DNA of 64,000 bases from contig NW_027362764.1 of assembly GCF_046119375.1 (NCBI RefSeq), forward strand, positions 604,004,001 to 604,068,000. The letters are read 5' to 3'. A program made the translations under genes and the position numbers. Shown here piece by piece: positions 49,310 through 63,269 of this stretch. Positions within the stretch are counted from its first letter, which is position 1; every line of letters begins with the position of its first letter. The notes under the pieces were generated by a model, which saw only the letters and a program-made list of their open reading frames with translations, had not been told where the DNA came from and made no database searches. The stretch comes from Phyllobates terribilis. Its lineage: Eukaryota.

Positions 49310-49485
49310 CAGTGACCCCAAACTCCAGTCCTCACGGCCCCCAACCATTCAGGCTTTCATGATTTCCCTAATATTGCATAGGTGGTGGAAGTATCATCAA
49401 GGCATCAGGAATTCTCTCACCTGTGTATAATTCTATGGAAATCCTGAAAACAGGGGCCGTGAGAAATTGAGTTTGGGAAACATTG
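49310..49485. mobile_element. hAT-Charlie-like MITE
   Basis: CAGTGACCCCAAACTC ... GAGTTTGGGAAACATTG, with flanks GTCTAAAT / ATCTAGAG fitting the NTCTARAN target consensus. Confidence 0.7.
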
Positions 49486-49614
49486 ATCTAGAGTATACAG
49501 AGCTATAATACGAATCCACACTGTAACTTTGAGTAAATGATAAAAAAATGCATGATGAAGATCTGACAGTATGTGTATGTATATTACATATGTAATATGT
49601 ATATTGTATATATA

Positions 49615-51243
49615 CAGTACAGACCAAAAGTTTGGACACACCTTCTCATTTAAAGATTTTTCTGTATTTTCATGACTTTGAAAATTGTACATTCACACTG
49701 AAGGCATCAAAACTATGAATTAACACATGTGGAATTATATACTTAACAAAAAAGTGTGAAACAACTGAAAATATGTCTTATATTCTAGGTTCTTCAAAGT
49801 AGCCACCTTTTGCTTTGATGACTGCTTTGCACACTCTTGGCATTCTCTTGATGAGCTTCAAGAGGTAGTCACTGGAAATGGTCTTCCAACAATCTTGAAG
49901 GAGTTCCCAGAGATGCTTAGCACTTGTTGGCCCTTTTGCCTTCACTCTGCAGTCCAGCTCACCCCAAACCATCTCTATTGGGTTCAGGTCTGGTGACTGT
50001 GGAGGCCAGGTCATCTGGCGTAGCACCCCATCACTCTCCTTCTTGGTCAAATAGCCTTACACAGCCTGGAGGTGTGTTTGGGGTCATTGTCCTGTTGAAA
50101 AATAAATGATGGTCCAACTAAATGCAAACCGGATGGAATAGCATGCCGCTGCAAGATGCTGTGGTAGCCATGCTGGTTCAGTATGCCTTCAATTTTGAAT
50201 AAATCCCCAACAGTGTCACCAGCAAAGCACCCCCACACCATCACACCTCCTCCTCCATTCTTCACGGTGGGAACCAGGCATGTAGAGTCCATCCGTTCAC
50301 ATTTTCTGCGTCGCACAAAGACACGGTGGTTGGAACCAAAGATCTCAAATTTGGACTCCTCAGACCAAAGCACAGATTTCCAATGGTCTAATGTCCATTC
50401 CTTGTGTTCTTTAGCCCAAACAAGTCTCTTCTGCTTGTTGCCTGTCCTTAGCAGTGGTTTCCTAGCAGCTATTTTACCATGAAGGCCTGCTGCACAAAGT
50501 CTCTTATTAACAGTTGTTGAAGAGATGTGTCTGCTGCTAGAACTCTGTGTGGCATTGACCTGGTCTCTAATCTGAGCTGCTGTTAACCTGCGATTTCTGA
50601 GGCTGGTGACTAGGATAAACTTATCATCAGAAGCAGTGGTGACTCTTGGTCTTCCTTTCCTGGGGCGGTCCTCATGTGAGCCAGTTTCTTTGTAGCACTT
50701 GATGGTTTTTGCAACTGCACTTGGGGACACATTCAAAGTTTGCCCAATTTTTCGGACTGACTGACCTTCATTTCTTAAAGTAATGATGGCCACTCGTTTT
50801 TCTTTACTTAGCTGCTTTTTTCTTGCCATAATACAAATTCTAACAGTCTATTCAGTAGGACTATCAGCTGTGTATCCACCAGACTTCTGCACAACACAAC
50901 TGATGGTCCCAACCCCGTTTATAAGGCAAGAAATCCCACTTATTAAACCTGACAGGGCACACCTGTGAAGTGAAAACCATTTCTGGTGACTACCTCTTGA
51001 AGTTCATCAAGAGAATGCCAAGAGTGTGCAAAGCAGTCATCAAAGCAAAAGGTGGCTACTTTGAAGAACCTAGAATATAAGACATATTTTCAGTTGTTTC
51101 ACACTTTTTTGTTAAGTATATAATTCCACATGTGTTAATTCATAGTTTTGATGCCTTCAGTGTGAATGTACGATTTTCAAAGTCATGAAAATACAGAAAA
51201 ATCTTTAAATGAGAAGGTGTGTCCAAACTTTTGGTCTGTACTG
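49615..51243 (-). mobile_element. Tc1-like transposon (DD38E type), full length, one frameshift in the DDE region
   Basis: TA|CAGTACAGACCAAAAGTTTGGACACACC ... CTTTTGGTCTGTACTG with ~200-bp inverted repeats. 260-aa ORF 50047-50829 plus a C-terminal fragment 49778-50050. Confidence 0.95.
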
Positions 51244-51250
51244 TGTGTAT

Positions 51251-51385
51251 NNNNNNNNNNNNNNNNNNNNNNNNNNNNNNNNNNNNNNNNNNNNNNNNNN
51301 NNNNNNNNNNNNNNNNNNNNNNNNNNNNNNNNNNNNNNNNNNNNNNNNNNNNNNNNNNNNNNNNNNNNNNNNNNNNNNNNNNNNN
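51251..51385. other. Assembly gap (N run)
   Basis: 135 N. Confidence 1.
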
Positions 51386-52935
51386 AGCTGCATACAAAAT
51401 CTGTATACGGCTGCTAAAACTACTGTAGAACAATATTGTCTCACATTAGACATAGAATACATAAAAGTAAACTGATAGTCCGCTTGTTGACACAGTGCAC
51501 AAAACAGATACCAAATAAAAAAGGAGCATCCATGTTAAATGGAATTATTGTGGATATGATGCTTATGTATACATGAATATGCAAAATCCCTATGATCAGC
51601 TTCAATTCCCAGCTACAACTTTTTTTTTTTTTTTTCTCTTTTATTTTTAGCAGAATCCTGCGCTTTCACCTATTGCCCAACACAATAATGAGCAAAGTTG
51701 ACAGTTTGGGCCTTTCAAACATATAGTATTTACTAGATGTTCTCAACCATGGTCAATCCATGTGTAGAATCTTAAAAGTTTATAGTTTTTCACTGAAAAT
51801 GCTGCAGGCTGCCATGGCCACCATTTTACAAACTAAAGGGGATTGCTACATACAATACATTTTTTAGCTGTAAAGAGTACAGACAGCTTCAATAGACTTC
51901 AGTGCCCCTATTGGTCAGTAAGAAGGTGACAAAAGACATATTTCTACTATACCACAGTGAAGATAAATTGTAATAGGACTGCTGTGTTATTTTCAGCTAC
52001 TACAAAGAGAAAAAAAGATACATCACAAAGTGTTTTTTGCTGTGACCGTATACTCCTAATGAATAATATATATTTCTCCTGCACTGTGTAGCTAGGCAAT
52101 GCAAAGCAAGACACACTTTTCTTTTTGCTAATGAGGGGTTAATAGCCCAAGCCACCCTGTAGTGCAAACACTCTGTGGTGTAAATTTTCTGTTTCAGTTT
52201 GGTCCACATTCTTTGTATGTTTGATTGACCATTTTATAAGATATAAGTAGCCAAAACCATTTTGGGTCAATCAACACGATCTGCGCACAAAGAACCTGCA
52301 TCTATTTACCTTACCAGCCATGTGGAATACAAAAAAATTCATTCACCTGCTGTGGAATTTTTTGTACAGAAATTGACTTAAAGGGAACCTGTCACGTCCT
52401 AGCTGCCCTCTACACTGCCCCCATAGCATTGTTAGTGATGCAGTGTGCATCACTAACCAGCTTTTTTCATTAAAATTGGTGGTATCATAATGAGCCTATA
52501 ACATATTATATACTTAGATCCTACCTGCTCTTTCAGTCATAGGGGTGTGATAATCATATTCAGTCATGGGTGGGCGCAGCATTCACTCACTGCTGGGGCC
52601 ACCCATGTATTTGAATATTGCTCCCGGCAAGCGCTGATATTGTGGGACGCATGCACATTTGTACATGTCCGGCCGCCTACACAGTGAGGCTGTGTGATTA
52701 CCAGCTGAATCTGTGTAGTTCGCAGCTTCACTGTGCGTGCACTATGACGCTCTGTTCCCCACGCGTGCACAGTGAAGCTGGTAACACAAAACCAGGAGTG
52801 GGTGATAAATGCAGAATTGGTGTACTGGTTTCTATTGTACCTTTTCTCTGATTGTTCCTCACCTGGTTTTGGCTCCCACTCCTGAGAAAAAATACTGACC
52901 AAATACTGATAGCAGTGCCATGGCCTTAAAGGGAG

Positions 52936-53571
52936 CATCACGACTCTATTGTCTGATATCCTGGGGTCAGGTGTTCCTGCCCTGTCCCTAGTGCTAGGGG
53001 CACCCTAGCTATACCTGTTCCCCAGTTAACTTCTAATGGCGAACACGCCGGGGCCACATACCTTGCTGAGCTTCTGAATCCGCCCTTTGTCTGTTCCCAC
53101 ACCCCGCCCAGGGAATAGGGGAGTAGTAGTGTATGGCAATACACCAACCAGACTAGCAAGGTAATACGAACAGGGATAAAGGAAAATACCAATCATTCAA
53201 ATATACTCTCACGAGCAACAGAGGGAAACACTGGGGAGTGAAGGAAGGAAAAATCAAAGTAGGAGAAGAAGATGATATGCACAAAACCAAAACCAAGCAA
53301 CAGTCATGCTTCCTCAAACAACACTCCACCAACTCCTGAAACCATGCAGCATGAAGCTAACTCTGGCAATGACTGCTTGACAGAGGAGAGTATATATAGG
53401 AGAGGGGAGTGGCCAACACTGAACAGCAGAGATCATCACAGCAGGAAAGCTTCCAGGAGCTCTCAACTGAACAGAATAACCCCTGCACTTCTCTTCTAGA
53501 AGAAACCTGCACTGTTTAAAATTAGACAACGTGGTCTTCTCGTTCCTCTGTGTCACGGTAACCCTGTGACA
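52936..53571 (-). mobile_element. Solo LTR with 5-bp TSD
   Basis: GGGAG on both flanks (52931-52935, 53572-53576), right end GTGACA, and homology to 9870-10543. Confidence 0.8.
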
Positions 53572-54099
53572 GGGAGTCTGACAGCACAGTATGACTGCTG
53601 AAACCAAGCACAGGCGCTCGGTGCTTAATGACGAGGCCAATCATTTATATACACCTTCCTACCTGCTTGGTTTCCATCTATCTCCACCCAAAAAAAAGCT
53701 AAACATGCAGGAAACAAAATAGTTGCAGAGAAGTTTAAATTGGCTGTTATTGAATATAAGTAAAAAAAACAAAAAAAGTAAATATGTCAAGCACAACAGA
53801 CACAAGGACATACTGGTGGGTGGACTGACAGCGAAACCCCCATAATTGATATTGCACTGGTCATATCAGTGGGACAATATATAAGAAATAAATCTACCCA
53901 TAAAATATGGTAATAGTTAATAAGTTATGCAGAATCGGTTATGCATAAAATGTAAGCAGGAGAGCGAATGGAATAATGAAACCCTGATCAAACAGAGTAC
54001 ATATAATAGTAGCATTAGAATAGAAACAGCTCGCCAACCAAACATACCCAATGTGCATTTCACACTTTGCATTTGTGTTACATTTATGCTTTTTACCTA

Positions 54100-55642
54100 C
54101 AGTGGGTACGGACAGTATTCACTTTTTAACTCTTTGTTTCATTGCAGCCATTTGGTAAATTCTAAAACGTTCATTTTTTTCTCATTAAAGTACTCTCTGC
54201 ACCCCATCTTGACTGAAATAAAACAGAAATGTAGACATTTTTGCAAATTTATTAAAAAAAGAAAAACTGAAATATCACATGGTCAGAAGTATTCAGACCC
54301 TTTGCTCAGACACTCTTATTTAAGTCACATGCTGTCCATTTCCTTGTGATCCTCCTTGAGATGGTTCTACTCCTTCATTGAAGTCCAGCTGTGTTTAATT
54401 AAACTGATAGGGCTTGATTTGGAAAGGCACACACCTGTCTATATAAGACCTCACAGCTCACAGTGCATGCCAGACTAAATGAGAATCATGAGCTCAAAGG
54501 AGCTCAGAGACAGAATTGTGGCAAGGCACAGATCTGGCCAAGGTGTTAGAAAAGAATTTCTGCATTACTCAAGGTTCCTAAGAGCACAGTGTCCTCCATA
54601 ATCCTAAAATGGAAGAAGTTTGGGACCACCAGAAGTCTTCCTAGACCTGGTCGTCCAGACAAACTGAGCAATTGTGGGAGAAGAGCCTTGGCGAGAGAGA
54701 AGAAGAAAGAAGAACCCCAAGATCACTGTGGCTGAGCTCCAGAGATGCAGTAGGGAGATGGGAGAAAGTTCCACAAAGTCAACTATTACTGCAGCTCTCC
54801 ACCAGTCGGGCCTTTATGGCAGAGTGGCCCGACAGAAGCCTCTCGTCAGTGCAAGACTTATGAAAGTCCACATAGTTTGCTCAAAAACACATGAAGGACC
54901 CCCAGACTAAGAGAAATAAGATTCTCTGGTCTGATCAGACGAAGATAGAATTTTTGGTGATAATTCTAAGCGGTATGTGTGGAGAAAACCAGGCACTGCT
55001 CATCACCTGCCCAATACAATCCTAACAGTGAAACATGGTGGTGGCAGCATCATGCTATGGGGGTGTTTTTCAGCTGCAGGGACAGGACGACTGGTTGCAA
55101 TTGAAGGAAACATGAATGCTGCCAAGTACAGAGATATCCTAGATGAAAACCTCTTCCATAGTGCTCTGGACCTCAGACTTGGCCAAAGGTTCACCTTCCA
55201 ACAAGACAATGGCCCTAAGCACACAGCTAAAATAACAAAGGAGTGGCTTCACAACAATTCTGTGACCTAAACCCAATTGAGCATCTCTGAAGAGACCTGA
55301 AAATGGCTGTGCACCAACGTTCACCATCCAACCTGACAGAACTGGAGAGGATCTGCAAGGGAGAATGGCAGAGGATCCCCAAATCCATGTGTGAAAAACT
55401 TGTTGAATCATTCCCAAGAAGACTCATTGCGGTACTTCGACTCAATACTGAGCAAAGGGTCTGAATACTTATGACCATGTGATATTTCAGTTTTTCTTTT
55501 TTAATAAATTTGTAAAAATTCTACATTTTATTTTTTTTTTAAGTCAAGATGGGGTGCAGAGTGTACTTTAATAAGAAAAAAAAATGAAATTTTTAGAATT
55601 TACCAAATGGCTGCAATGAAACAAAGAGTGAAAAATTTAAAG
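54100..55642 (+). mobile_element. Tc1-like transposon (7297 family), decayed, right end clipped
   Basis: TA|CAGTGGGTACGG start. Peptides MGESSTKSTITAALHQSGLYGRVARQKP and [15 protein letters not shown]...FQQDNGPKH. Confidence 0.9.
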
Positions 55643-56353
55643 ATAAATGGTAAATATCACATTCTAAATATTTGGTGGAAAGCAGTGGGATTGGCAGGAA
55701 AGTAGTGGTAAAACGTTCAGTAGATCAGTGCCCACTCTTGTGCTATTTTATTGTTTTGCTATTAGTAAGACGTGTTTCATACTCTAGAAAGGTGTAGGGT
55801 GCATGGAGAAACACGGTCGGTCAGTAATAGATTCGAGTATGACCACGTACTGTATTTTAGTCAATTTATACCAGTAAATTATAGGAATAGGAGAAAGCAA
55901 TGACAAGACATGGGGGGTACTTAATTAAGGCAACAACAGCTGTTACTATGTACTTCAATTGCAGTTACCAGCTGATAATGACCCAACTAGCCGTGTTGGA
56001 TTTTAATAATTTGCCTGCCCACTCAATGGTTGGTAGAATAGAAATAATAGATTTAGCTTTTCAAATAGATTTTCTATATTCTACCTCCTACAAAGCTTTC
56101 TGTCATACAGGCTAATTAGCTAATGACCCCTTTAATTCATAGGTCATGATTCCTCTTCCAATATGCTCGGTATGTAAATTTTTATAAAAATACACTATTA
56201 GCACCCTTTGGGCATTAATATTATAATACTTATTTATCATTTCATTAAGACCTATGCTATTCTTAAACCATTGGCATTTCAAATTGCATTTAAAATAACA
56301 TTTGAGGAGGAGCTGTCACTACCCCTGGCATCTGTTTTAGAAAATACATGTAA

Positions 56354-57065
56354 GGCTATGTGCCCACGATGCAGAAATGCTCCGGATTTTTCCTGAGCGT
56401 TTCTGCATCTCCCTGGCAGAAAAAACTTATGCGGATTGTACATGCGTTTTCCTGCCGGGGACATGCGGATGTGAAGCGTTCTTCACATGCATTTCCGCAT
56501 GCGGGTTGACAAGCGCTTTCCAAGCGATTTTAGCATCACTTGGAAAGTGCTTGACAACTTGGTCACACTATACAAATCCATGCAACCGGCATGGATTTAT
56601 ATACTGTGACCGTAAAGAATGGAAAAAATAAATCTATACTTGTCTTCCGATGGCCCCCGCAGTCTTGCTTCGCTCGGTGCTGACTGCCGGCAGTTTGCAG
56701 TACACTGAAGGGCCTGCCGACGTCAGCATCGCGTGACCCGTCACATGACTATGACGTCAGCGCAGGTCCTTCAGTCCATTGCGATTTGCCGGCATGGGAG
56801 GACGAGCGCAGCGGGGGCCATCAGAAGGTAAATATAACATTTATTTTTTATTTTATTCTTTTTTTCACAGGTTCTATGGTACCCAGGGTCCGGAGGAGAG
56901 TCTCCTCTCCTCTAAACCCGGGTACCATCCGCACATTGAAACGCGTGGAATGCGCATCTACATATGCAGTGATGAGTAATCCATGCGTTTCAATGCAAGT
57001 CAATGGCGGCGAAAACGCAGCACTTCCGCAAAATAATTGGTAGTGCTGCGTTTTTTTCCGCAATG
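56354..57065. mobile_element. Harbinger-like MITE (38199 family), right TIR missing
   Basis: TAA|GGCTATGTGCCCACG start and internal homology to 38199-38900 in inverted orientation. Confidence 0.7.
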
Positions 57066-58329
57066 ATATCCATTGCAAATAACAGTTCTGGAGCATTTTC
57101 TGAATTGTAATGTTCTATATTATTCCTCCTAGAAATATATGAATAAAGGGACCCAAAAATGTGTTGCCATTCTCTTTGTCAATTTGGCTGGCATGTCTCT
57201 ACAGCCTCACACTGTACTGTGTGCTGACAGCATGCAGGACATACTTTTATCCTGATAATGTAAAAGTGCATTAACACCTGACGGCATTAAACGACCACCA
57301 ATCAGGTCCTTGTTTGCTGATCAGCGGTCATTTAATCCCTTCTCGACATAAGACGTCCTGGTACGTCATATGTTTTTTCCTTGTCTTTAAAACAGGCTCA
57401 AAAATTGAGGCTGCCTTATTGTCAACAGATGGTGGCTATTATTCAGTCATCATCTGCCTCTAGCAACTGCAAAAGGAGCTGAGCTCTACTCACTGCTGTT
57501 AACTTCTGAAATGCTCTTGTCAATATTGGCACGCCATTGTACATACATGACCATCCCCCAAAAATGCAATTGCTGGGTTCCGATGGTTTACCATGGTGGC
57601 CGGTCGTCTGCTGTGCCTGTCATGATGGCATTTCCATGAAAGGCCCTCTGTCCGCTCAGAATGAATGTTTAACCCAAGTCCCACTGCTCGGTGCTTCATG
57701 GCGGGGCCAGTCATTTAAATACCTCATCCCACAGGCTTGTTTTCCCTCAGTCTCCACCCCCCTTTTCTTTGATTGACAGCTCTGGCTCAATAGTCAGAGA
57801 AGGGCAGAGATAGATGGAGATGACCTTCTTGATAACTTATCAAATAAGGTTACCTCACTTAAGAGGATTACGATAAACTAACATTGCACAAGTCATTGCC
57901 TGAGGTGTCATGTAAGGTGTCAAACAACACTTTTTGTTTGTTCCGAGATATTCCAGAGCTGTGTTGGGGTAAACATGGCTACTTCTGTACATGCTGAGTG
58001 CACAGATATTTAGCATATATTTGGTATTGCTACGCTTGTATATTTATACATTATATTTGGTATTGTTATTACTTATAGATCACATTGTTCCAAAATACAT
58101 CAATGACCATGTATTGCCTACCGGTTAAGATTAGAAAAGCAAAATGAACATCTAGTGAATTATGGTGGAAAGAGGATAATTGATTAAATAATTCTATAAA
58201 ATTTGGCTTAAAAGAAATCACGTACAACATTCAAAGATCAACTTGCCAAATACAAAGGCATATACAATTTCCGAAGAATTGCTAGCTTAGGTGGAGTTTT
58301 CATATGGTTTCAAAAGAGCATCATTCACC

Positions 58330-58600
58330 ACACACTGGATAAAAAAGCTTTATTCTGGAAAAATGTTCTGCGGACCGGTGAAACTAAACTAGATCTCTTT
58401 GGCAACCCATTTCCTTGTTGTGTTTATACAGACTATGCCCACAAAGAAAAATGCGTATTAGTACGGTAAACAATGGTGGGGGATCAATATTGCTTGGGCG
58501 CTGCTCTGTTGTCTCTGGGATTGGAGGCCTTGAACATGTTCCAGGAGCACTGAGAAGGATTATCAGAGTATTTTGGTGTAAAAGTGGGTATACATTACCT
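58330..58600 (+). mobile_element. Highly decayed Tc1 transposase remnant
   Basis: Segments resembling VLW.DETK.ELFG and TV..GGGSI.L. Confidence 0.5.
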
Positions 58601-58691
58601 GATTTGGCAGCATTAAACAACCATTGAATGGTTAATATTTACTGAATGGCAGTTGTTTAATAGCCTGTCTACACAGACAGCCCCCGTTTAA

Positions 58692-59232
58692 ATGGGTTGT
58701 CCAGTACTATTAATAATTGGCCAATCTATTTTTGTGATGAAAATAAGTGTCTTTGTAAATACCTTGCTTTGCTGTTACAGCCTGTGAGCGGCGCCTGTCA
58801 CTGGCCACTCACAGGCATTACATGACCCCTGCTGATGTCACGTCAAGTGAGGCATGACATCAGTGACGCGGTCCCCGTGGTGGATGCTGGGCTGTGGGCG
58901 GGGTTACCCCCTCGCGTCACACCCAGCATCCACCGCGCGCTTTCCCAATGAATGGAGAGAGGGAGAGCGCGCGGTGGATGCTGAGTAACCCCGCCCACAG
59001 CCCAGCATCCACCGTGGAACGCAGCAGTGAGTCACCCTCGGCTGCATCCGGAACCTGATGTGACATCAGCGGATGTCGGAGTCGGCTGCAGCCGGGGGTC
59101 ACGTGATCCCTGTGAGCAGTCCGTGATAGCGCCGCTCACAGGCAGAAACAGCAGCGCAAGGTATTTACAAAGATACTTATGTTGAAAATAAAAAATAGAT
59201 TGGCCAGTTATTAATAGTAGTGAACAACCCCT
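58692..59232. mobile_element. T2-like MITE (10735 family)
   Basis: TTAA|ATGGGTTGTCCAGTACTA ... TAGTAGTGAACAACCCCT|TTAA with the same hairpin core. Confidence 0.85.
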
Positions 59233-60305
59233 TTAAGGATGTGCTCTCTAACGATGTGTAATAGATTATTCAAAGCGCATAGACTTTCATTGTTATCGGC
59301 AGTGCGAGTCATGTTTACACAGGATGAGGAGTTGCCTAAAAAGATTATTTATTTTTTTGTGAAAATCAAAAGATAATTTCACCTGGTGAACAAACGTTTT
59401 GCTTGTTCATTGGGTTATTGACGATCTGTTTAGACTGCAAGATTATTGTGAATGAGAGTTCTTAAGAATACTCATTCACGATAATCTTGCAGTGTAAATG
59501 CACTTTTAGAAAACTAGCTTTGAGTCGGACAATATGGGTCCTACAGTGAAATAATGACCAAAAGCACAAATCCTAAAGAACAAAAGAATGGTAAAGAAGG
59601 AAAAAAATTGACTATTTTAAAATGGTCAGCAATGATCCCAGTTCGCAATCCTTAGAAAAGAGTTTAAATCTGCTTTTAGGAAAATTAACTGCAAACATTC
59701 TGGGACTTGAGAGAATTGTATTAGAAGAAACAACCAGAAGAAAAGTGCAAGAAGCTCACAGAGGGCTACAAAAAAGAACATGTGAAGGTTGCCATTGTTG
59801 CCAAAGGTTGGGCAAACAATTAGGGGAAGGGTGCCTTTAATCTGGTCTATGCCTTTTTAACTCTTTCTTCTTCTTTTTTTTTTAAATAACCACATGTATG
59901 GTCAACTTTTGTTGAATGTATTTGGACATGCTATTAAAAATTCTAATGCAGATGTGGAAAATATCCACTTACCGTATTTCAGAAGATCTTCGCTTATTTA
60001 TAACAATAATATAATCTTTTTTATTTATAACCAACATTGGCACCCTTGCTTATTTAGCACAACTGTAAGACAGATGTTAACATGTAGCAGCCAACAGAAA
60101 GGAATTGTTCTGACCAGGACATAATGTGAACAAAACAAGGAGTATACTATGAATATAGATGTACTTTGTATTCAAGGAGTACATATAATACTCAATTTTT
60201 CTCGTAATAATATTTTGAGCTGCATGGAGATGTCTTGTCAGTCTATTACATATAATTCCAACAAGTGTCCTAAACTTTTCTTACTTACTGTATATTTCCA
60301 TTCAG

Positions 60306-60519
60306 TACATCTGGTAGATATATGGAACATTATTGAAGCACTCCGAGAAAATTCACTTAACAATCTGGATCCTAATGTAGAACTGAACGTGGCACGTCTG
60401 GAAGCTGTTTTATCAACTATATTTTATCAGCTCAATAAGCGGATGCCTACAACTCATCAAATTAATGTAGAACAGTCGATCGGCTTGTTGTTAAACTTCT
60501 TGTTGGCAGCCTATGACCC
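60306..60519 (+). CDS. dtna: Alpha-dystrobrevin, third coding exon (214 nt, EF-hand-like region)
   Basis: Acceptor ttccattcag|, donor CC|GTAAGT at 60520. Encodes (L)[70 protein letters not shown](P). These residues fit DTNA rather than DTNB. Confidence 0.96.
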
Positions 60520-61762
60520 GTAAGTATTTCTCTGCTGTATAAATCTAGAGGATGTATAATAATCTGTGAACGTGGGAGCTGCTAACTGAATAGGGACCAT
60601 TTGGTTTCAATAAGGAAAGTTATCATCTTAAAAACAATTTAACAGTTCTTAGAAAAATGCAAGTGGCAGAAATTACATGCTAAGACACTTCTAATACAGG
60701 GAAGCAGATTTTACTTTATTTTTTTTTGAGTAAGCAGTAGCACCAAATCTTGTGAGATGCTCTTCCTTAGGAGATGCCAACCATCAGGGGGAACATGTGA
60801 TTCTATATAGCCTCTGAATGGAAATGGAGCCTGTACTCAGATCTGCAGGCTTTAGGTTGGACTCCTCAATTTGACTGTTTTGTCAACTCACTGGTCCATA
60901 GAATACAATCAATATTAGCGATTGATTCACCTATTTTCCTCAATATTTCCACTAAGCAGATTAACAAACATGGTAAATTATTTCACCAGTGCATCCCAAA
61001 GTATTAGAAATCAGTGAAATACAAAATGTACCCCTCCTACAGCCATGAGCTTTCATACAAAATATTATTTATTAACCATGTAATAAAATCCCCTTTGTTT
61101 TGCAACTTTGCTAAAGGAAGAGAATATAGCTGCTTCTAAAGGGTTAATCTGCAGTAGGAGAGTGAACATTGCTGTTTCTAAAGAGTTTATTTGCTTATAC
61201 AAGGGTCTCTTACAATATACTGTACATAGGTAGTACAGTATATAATACAGGATTATTCTGAGTCCTTTACTATAAACTGTACAGGCCCGTCACCAGCCAA
61301 GCCACACGGAAGAAGGCTGTAAGATTTACATCAGCTGCTTCTATCCTCCTGCTGTTCCATGACACATTCTTACATTCAGTGTTATATAATAACATCCTAC
61401 ATGAAGTAAGAGAGCAGCACACATCTTTGTGTTACTTGTTGCACACTCTCCCCCACACATTGGTAAAGACTTTGAAGCAGAAAGTCTCACAAAGCCATAA
61501 AAATAGGGTGAAAGTGGAGAGCCCAAATTCAGCTGACTTCTGTCTTTCTCTCTCTGGGCTATAGCTTTTTTAGCGGCATTGGAGAGGAAAGTATTTAATT
61601 TGTCTAATTATATTATATTACATTATATTCACACACATTGTGTATATATAGGGTTGTTGACAAACATTTTAAAACTAACTGAAATTTTGGTTTTCACAAA
61701 GTCTGCTGCTTTAGTGTTTTAACCTCTTTTAATTGTCAGTCTCTATTATTACTGATGTGAAT

Positions 61763-63205
61763 TGTTATGCACACGCCCGGGCTAAGCGGCGTGTGCGTGT
61801 GATTGGTAGTGATTCCACTGGACCGTGCCGGAGAGTGAATGCCTGGAGGGGCGTGACTAAGTATTCACCCGATCCGACCAGGGTCGCACGACGGCATACG
61901 ACGCCAGTGCACCAAGGAGGAACCGAGCAGAGGGACCAGGTGCTACTCCAGGACAGACCCCGGACACGGCTGTTGACCCACACAGGGGAATACAGGAACA
62001 GGCAGGTAGGCTGGCACACAGACTGGTGGGTATAGGCAGGCACGACTGGTATGCAGGCAGGCGGGTAAAGACAAGCACAGCTAGAGTGCAGACAGGGAGG
62101 CACTAGCAGGTAGGAACACAGGCGGGATAGGACCCAGTACACACCGGGACTCAGGAACAATACAGGCAGAGGGTTACAGGCAAGCACAGCTAGAGTGCAG
62201 ACAAGGCTGAGCAGGGAGGACAGGGCTCTGTTCACACGGAACAGACAGGAAGGGAAAGACAGAGCCAGATACTCACACAGTACTTGCAGAGACAACAAGC
62301 AGGAGTTAGGTACGAGTTCAGACTCTGCAGAAAAAGGAAGGGAACGGACATAGAGGCAAAAACAGGTAAAGGACAGGAGAGAGTTCAGACTGGAACTGAG
62401 TGAACGGAGGAGACCGACACTGCAGAGGGATACAGGAGCGGGTCTGGGAATACGGCCCCCAGAGAGGCGGAACGAACAGGCAAGGAGCGTGTTCAGACAG
62501 GACAGACCAGACACAGGAGCGGGTCTAGGAAATCGGCCACTAGAAGGCGAGAGGAACAGGCTAGGAGCGTGTTCAGACAGGACAGACAAGAGAGCACAGA
62601 AAGGACTCAGTTCAGACACGGGAGCTGATACCGCAAAGCAGGAGACATACAGGACTCAGTTCAGACACGGGAGCTGATACCGCAAAGCAGGAGACATACA
62701 GGACTCAGTTCAGACACGGGAGCTGATACCGCAAAGCAGGAGACATACAGGACTCAGTTCAGACACGGGAGCTGATACCGCAAAGCAGGAGACATACAGG
62801 ACACAGTTCAGACACGGGAGCTGATACCGCAAAGCAGGAGACATACAGGACTCAGTTCAGACACGGGAACTGATACAAAAGGCAGGAGACAAGAGACGGG
62901 ACCTGGCACCTTCAGAGTGCAAGCACACACTGAAGGAAACACTATGCTCAGGCAGGGATAGAAGGGAGCTGCTGAGCTATATACCAAGTGACAGACAGCA
63001 ATAGGCTGAGGACGCACAAGGGGTGTGACCCACAGCAGGTACAAAAGGCAGGAAGTGATCGGGCGCCGCCCTTAAGCAGCAGAAACAGACACAAACAGAC
63101 AGCATGGAGGGAAGCCAGAGAGACATTCTGGACAGGAGATCAAGTGCGCCCTCTTGCACAGTGGGAGATGGACCACCATGCAAGGACGCCGCCAGGTATG
63201 TTACA
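61763..63205 (-). mobile_element. Long solo LTR (1.44 kb) with perfect 5-bp TSD
   Basis: TGAAT|TGTTAT ... GTTACA|TGAAT, with a reverse-strand TATA near 62976. Confidence 0.85.
62603..62891. repeat. 49-bp tandem repeat, ~6 copies, inside the LTR
   Basis: ggactcagttcagacacgggagctgataccgcaaagcaggagacataca at 62603, 62652, 62701, 62750, 62799 and 62848 (last copy partial). Confidence 0.97.
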
Positions 63206-63269
63206 TGAATTTATAAGCTTTTGATACGTTTTTAACTCTTGTTGACAAATACATCAAGTTTATGCAAAG

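Noticed and set aside
60149-60305. Upstream extension of ORF 60149-60523 (and likewise 11443-11649)
   Set aside because: Intronic read-through ahead of clear AG acceptors, with no homology.
11650-60519. Assignment of the exons to beta-dystrobrevin (dtnb)
   Set aside because: [24 protein letters not shown] and EALREN.LNNLDPN fit DTNA. As I recall, DTNB has [26 protein letters not shown].
61765-62619. 284-aa Leu/Ser/Cys-rich ORF as gag or env
   Set aside because: Low-complexity product of LTR internal repeats, with no retroviral motifs.
62603-62891. CRISPR-like array (also considered for the 133-bp and 297-bp arrays)
   Set aside because: Head-to-tail repeats with no unique spacers, no cas genes, and a eukaryotic context.
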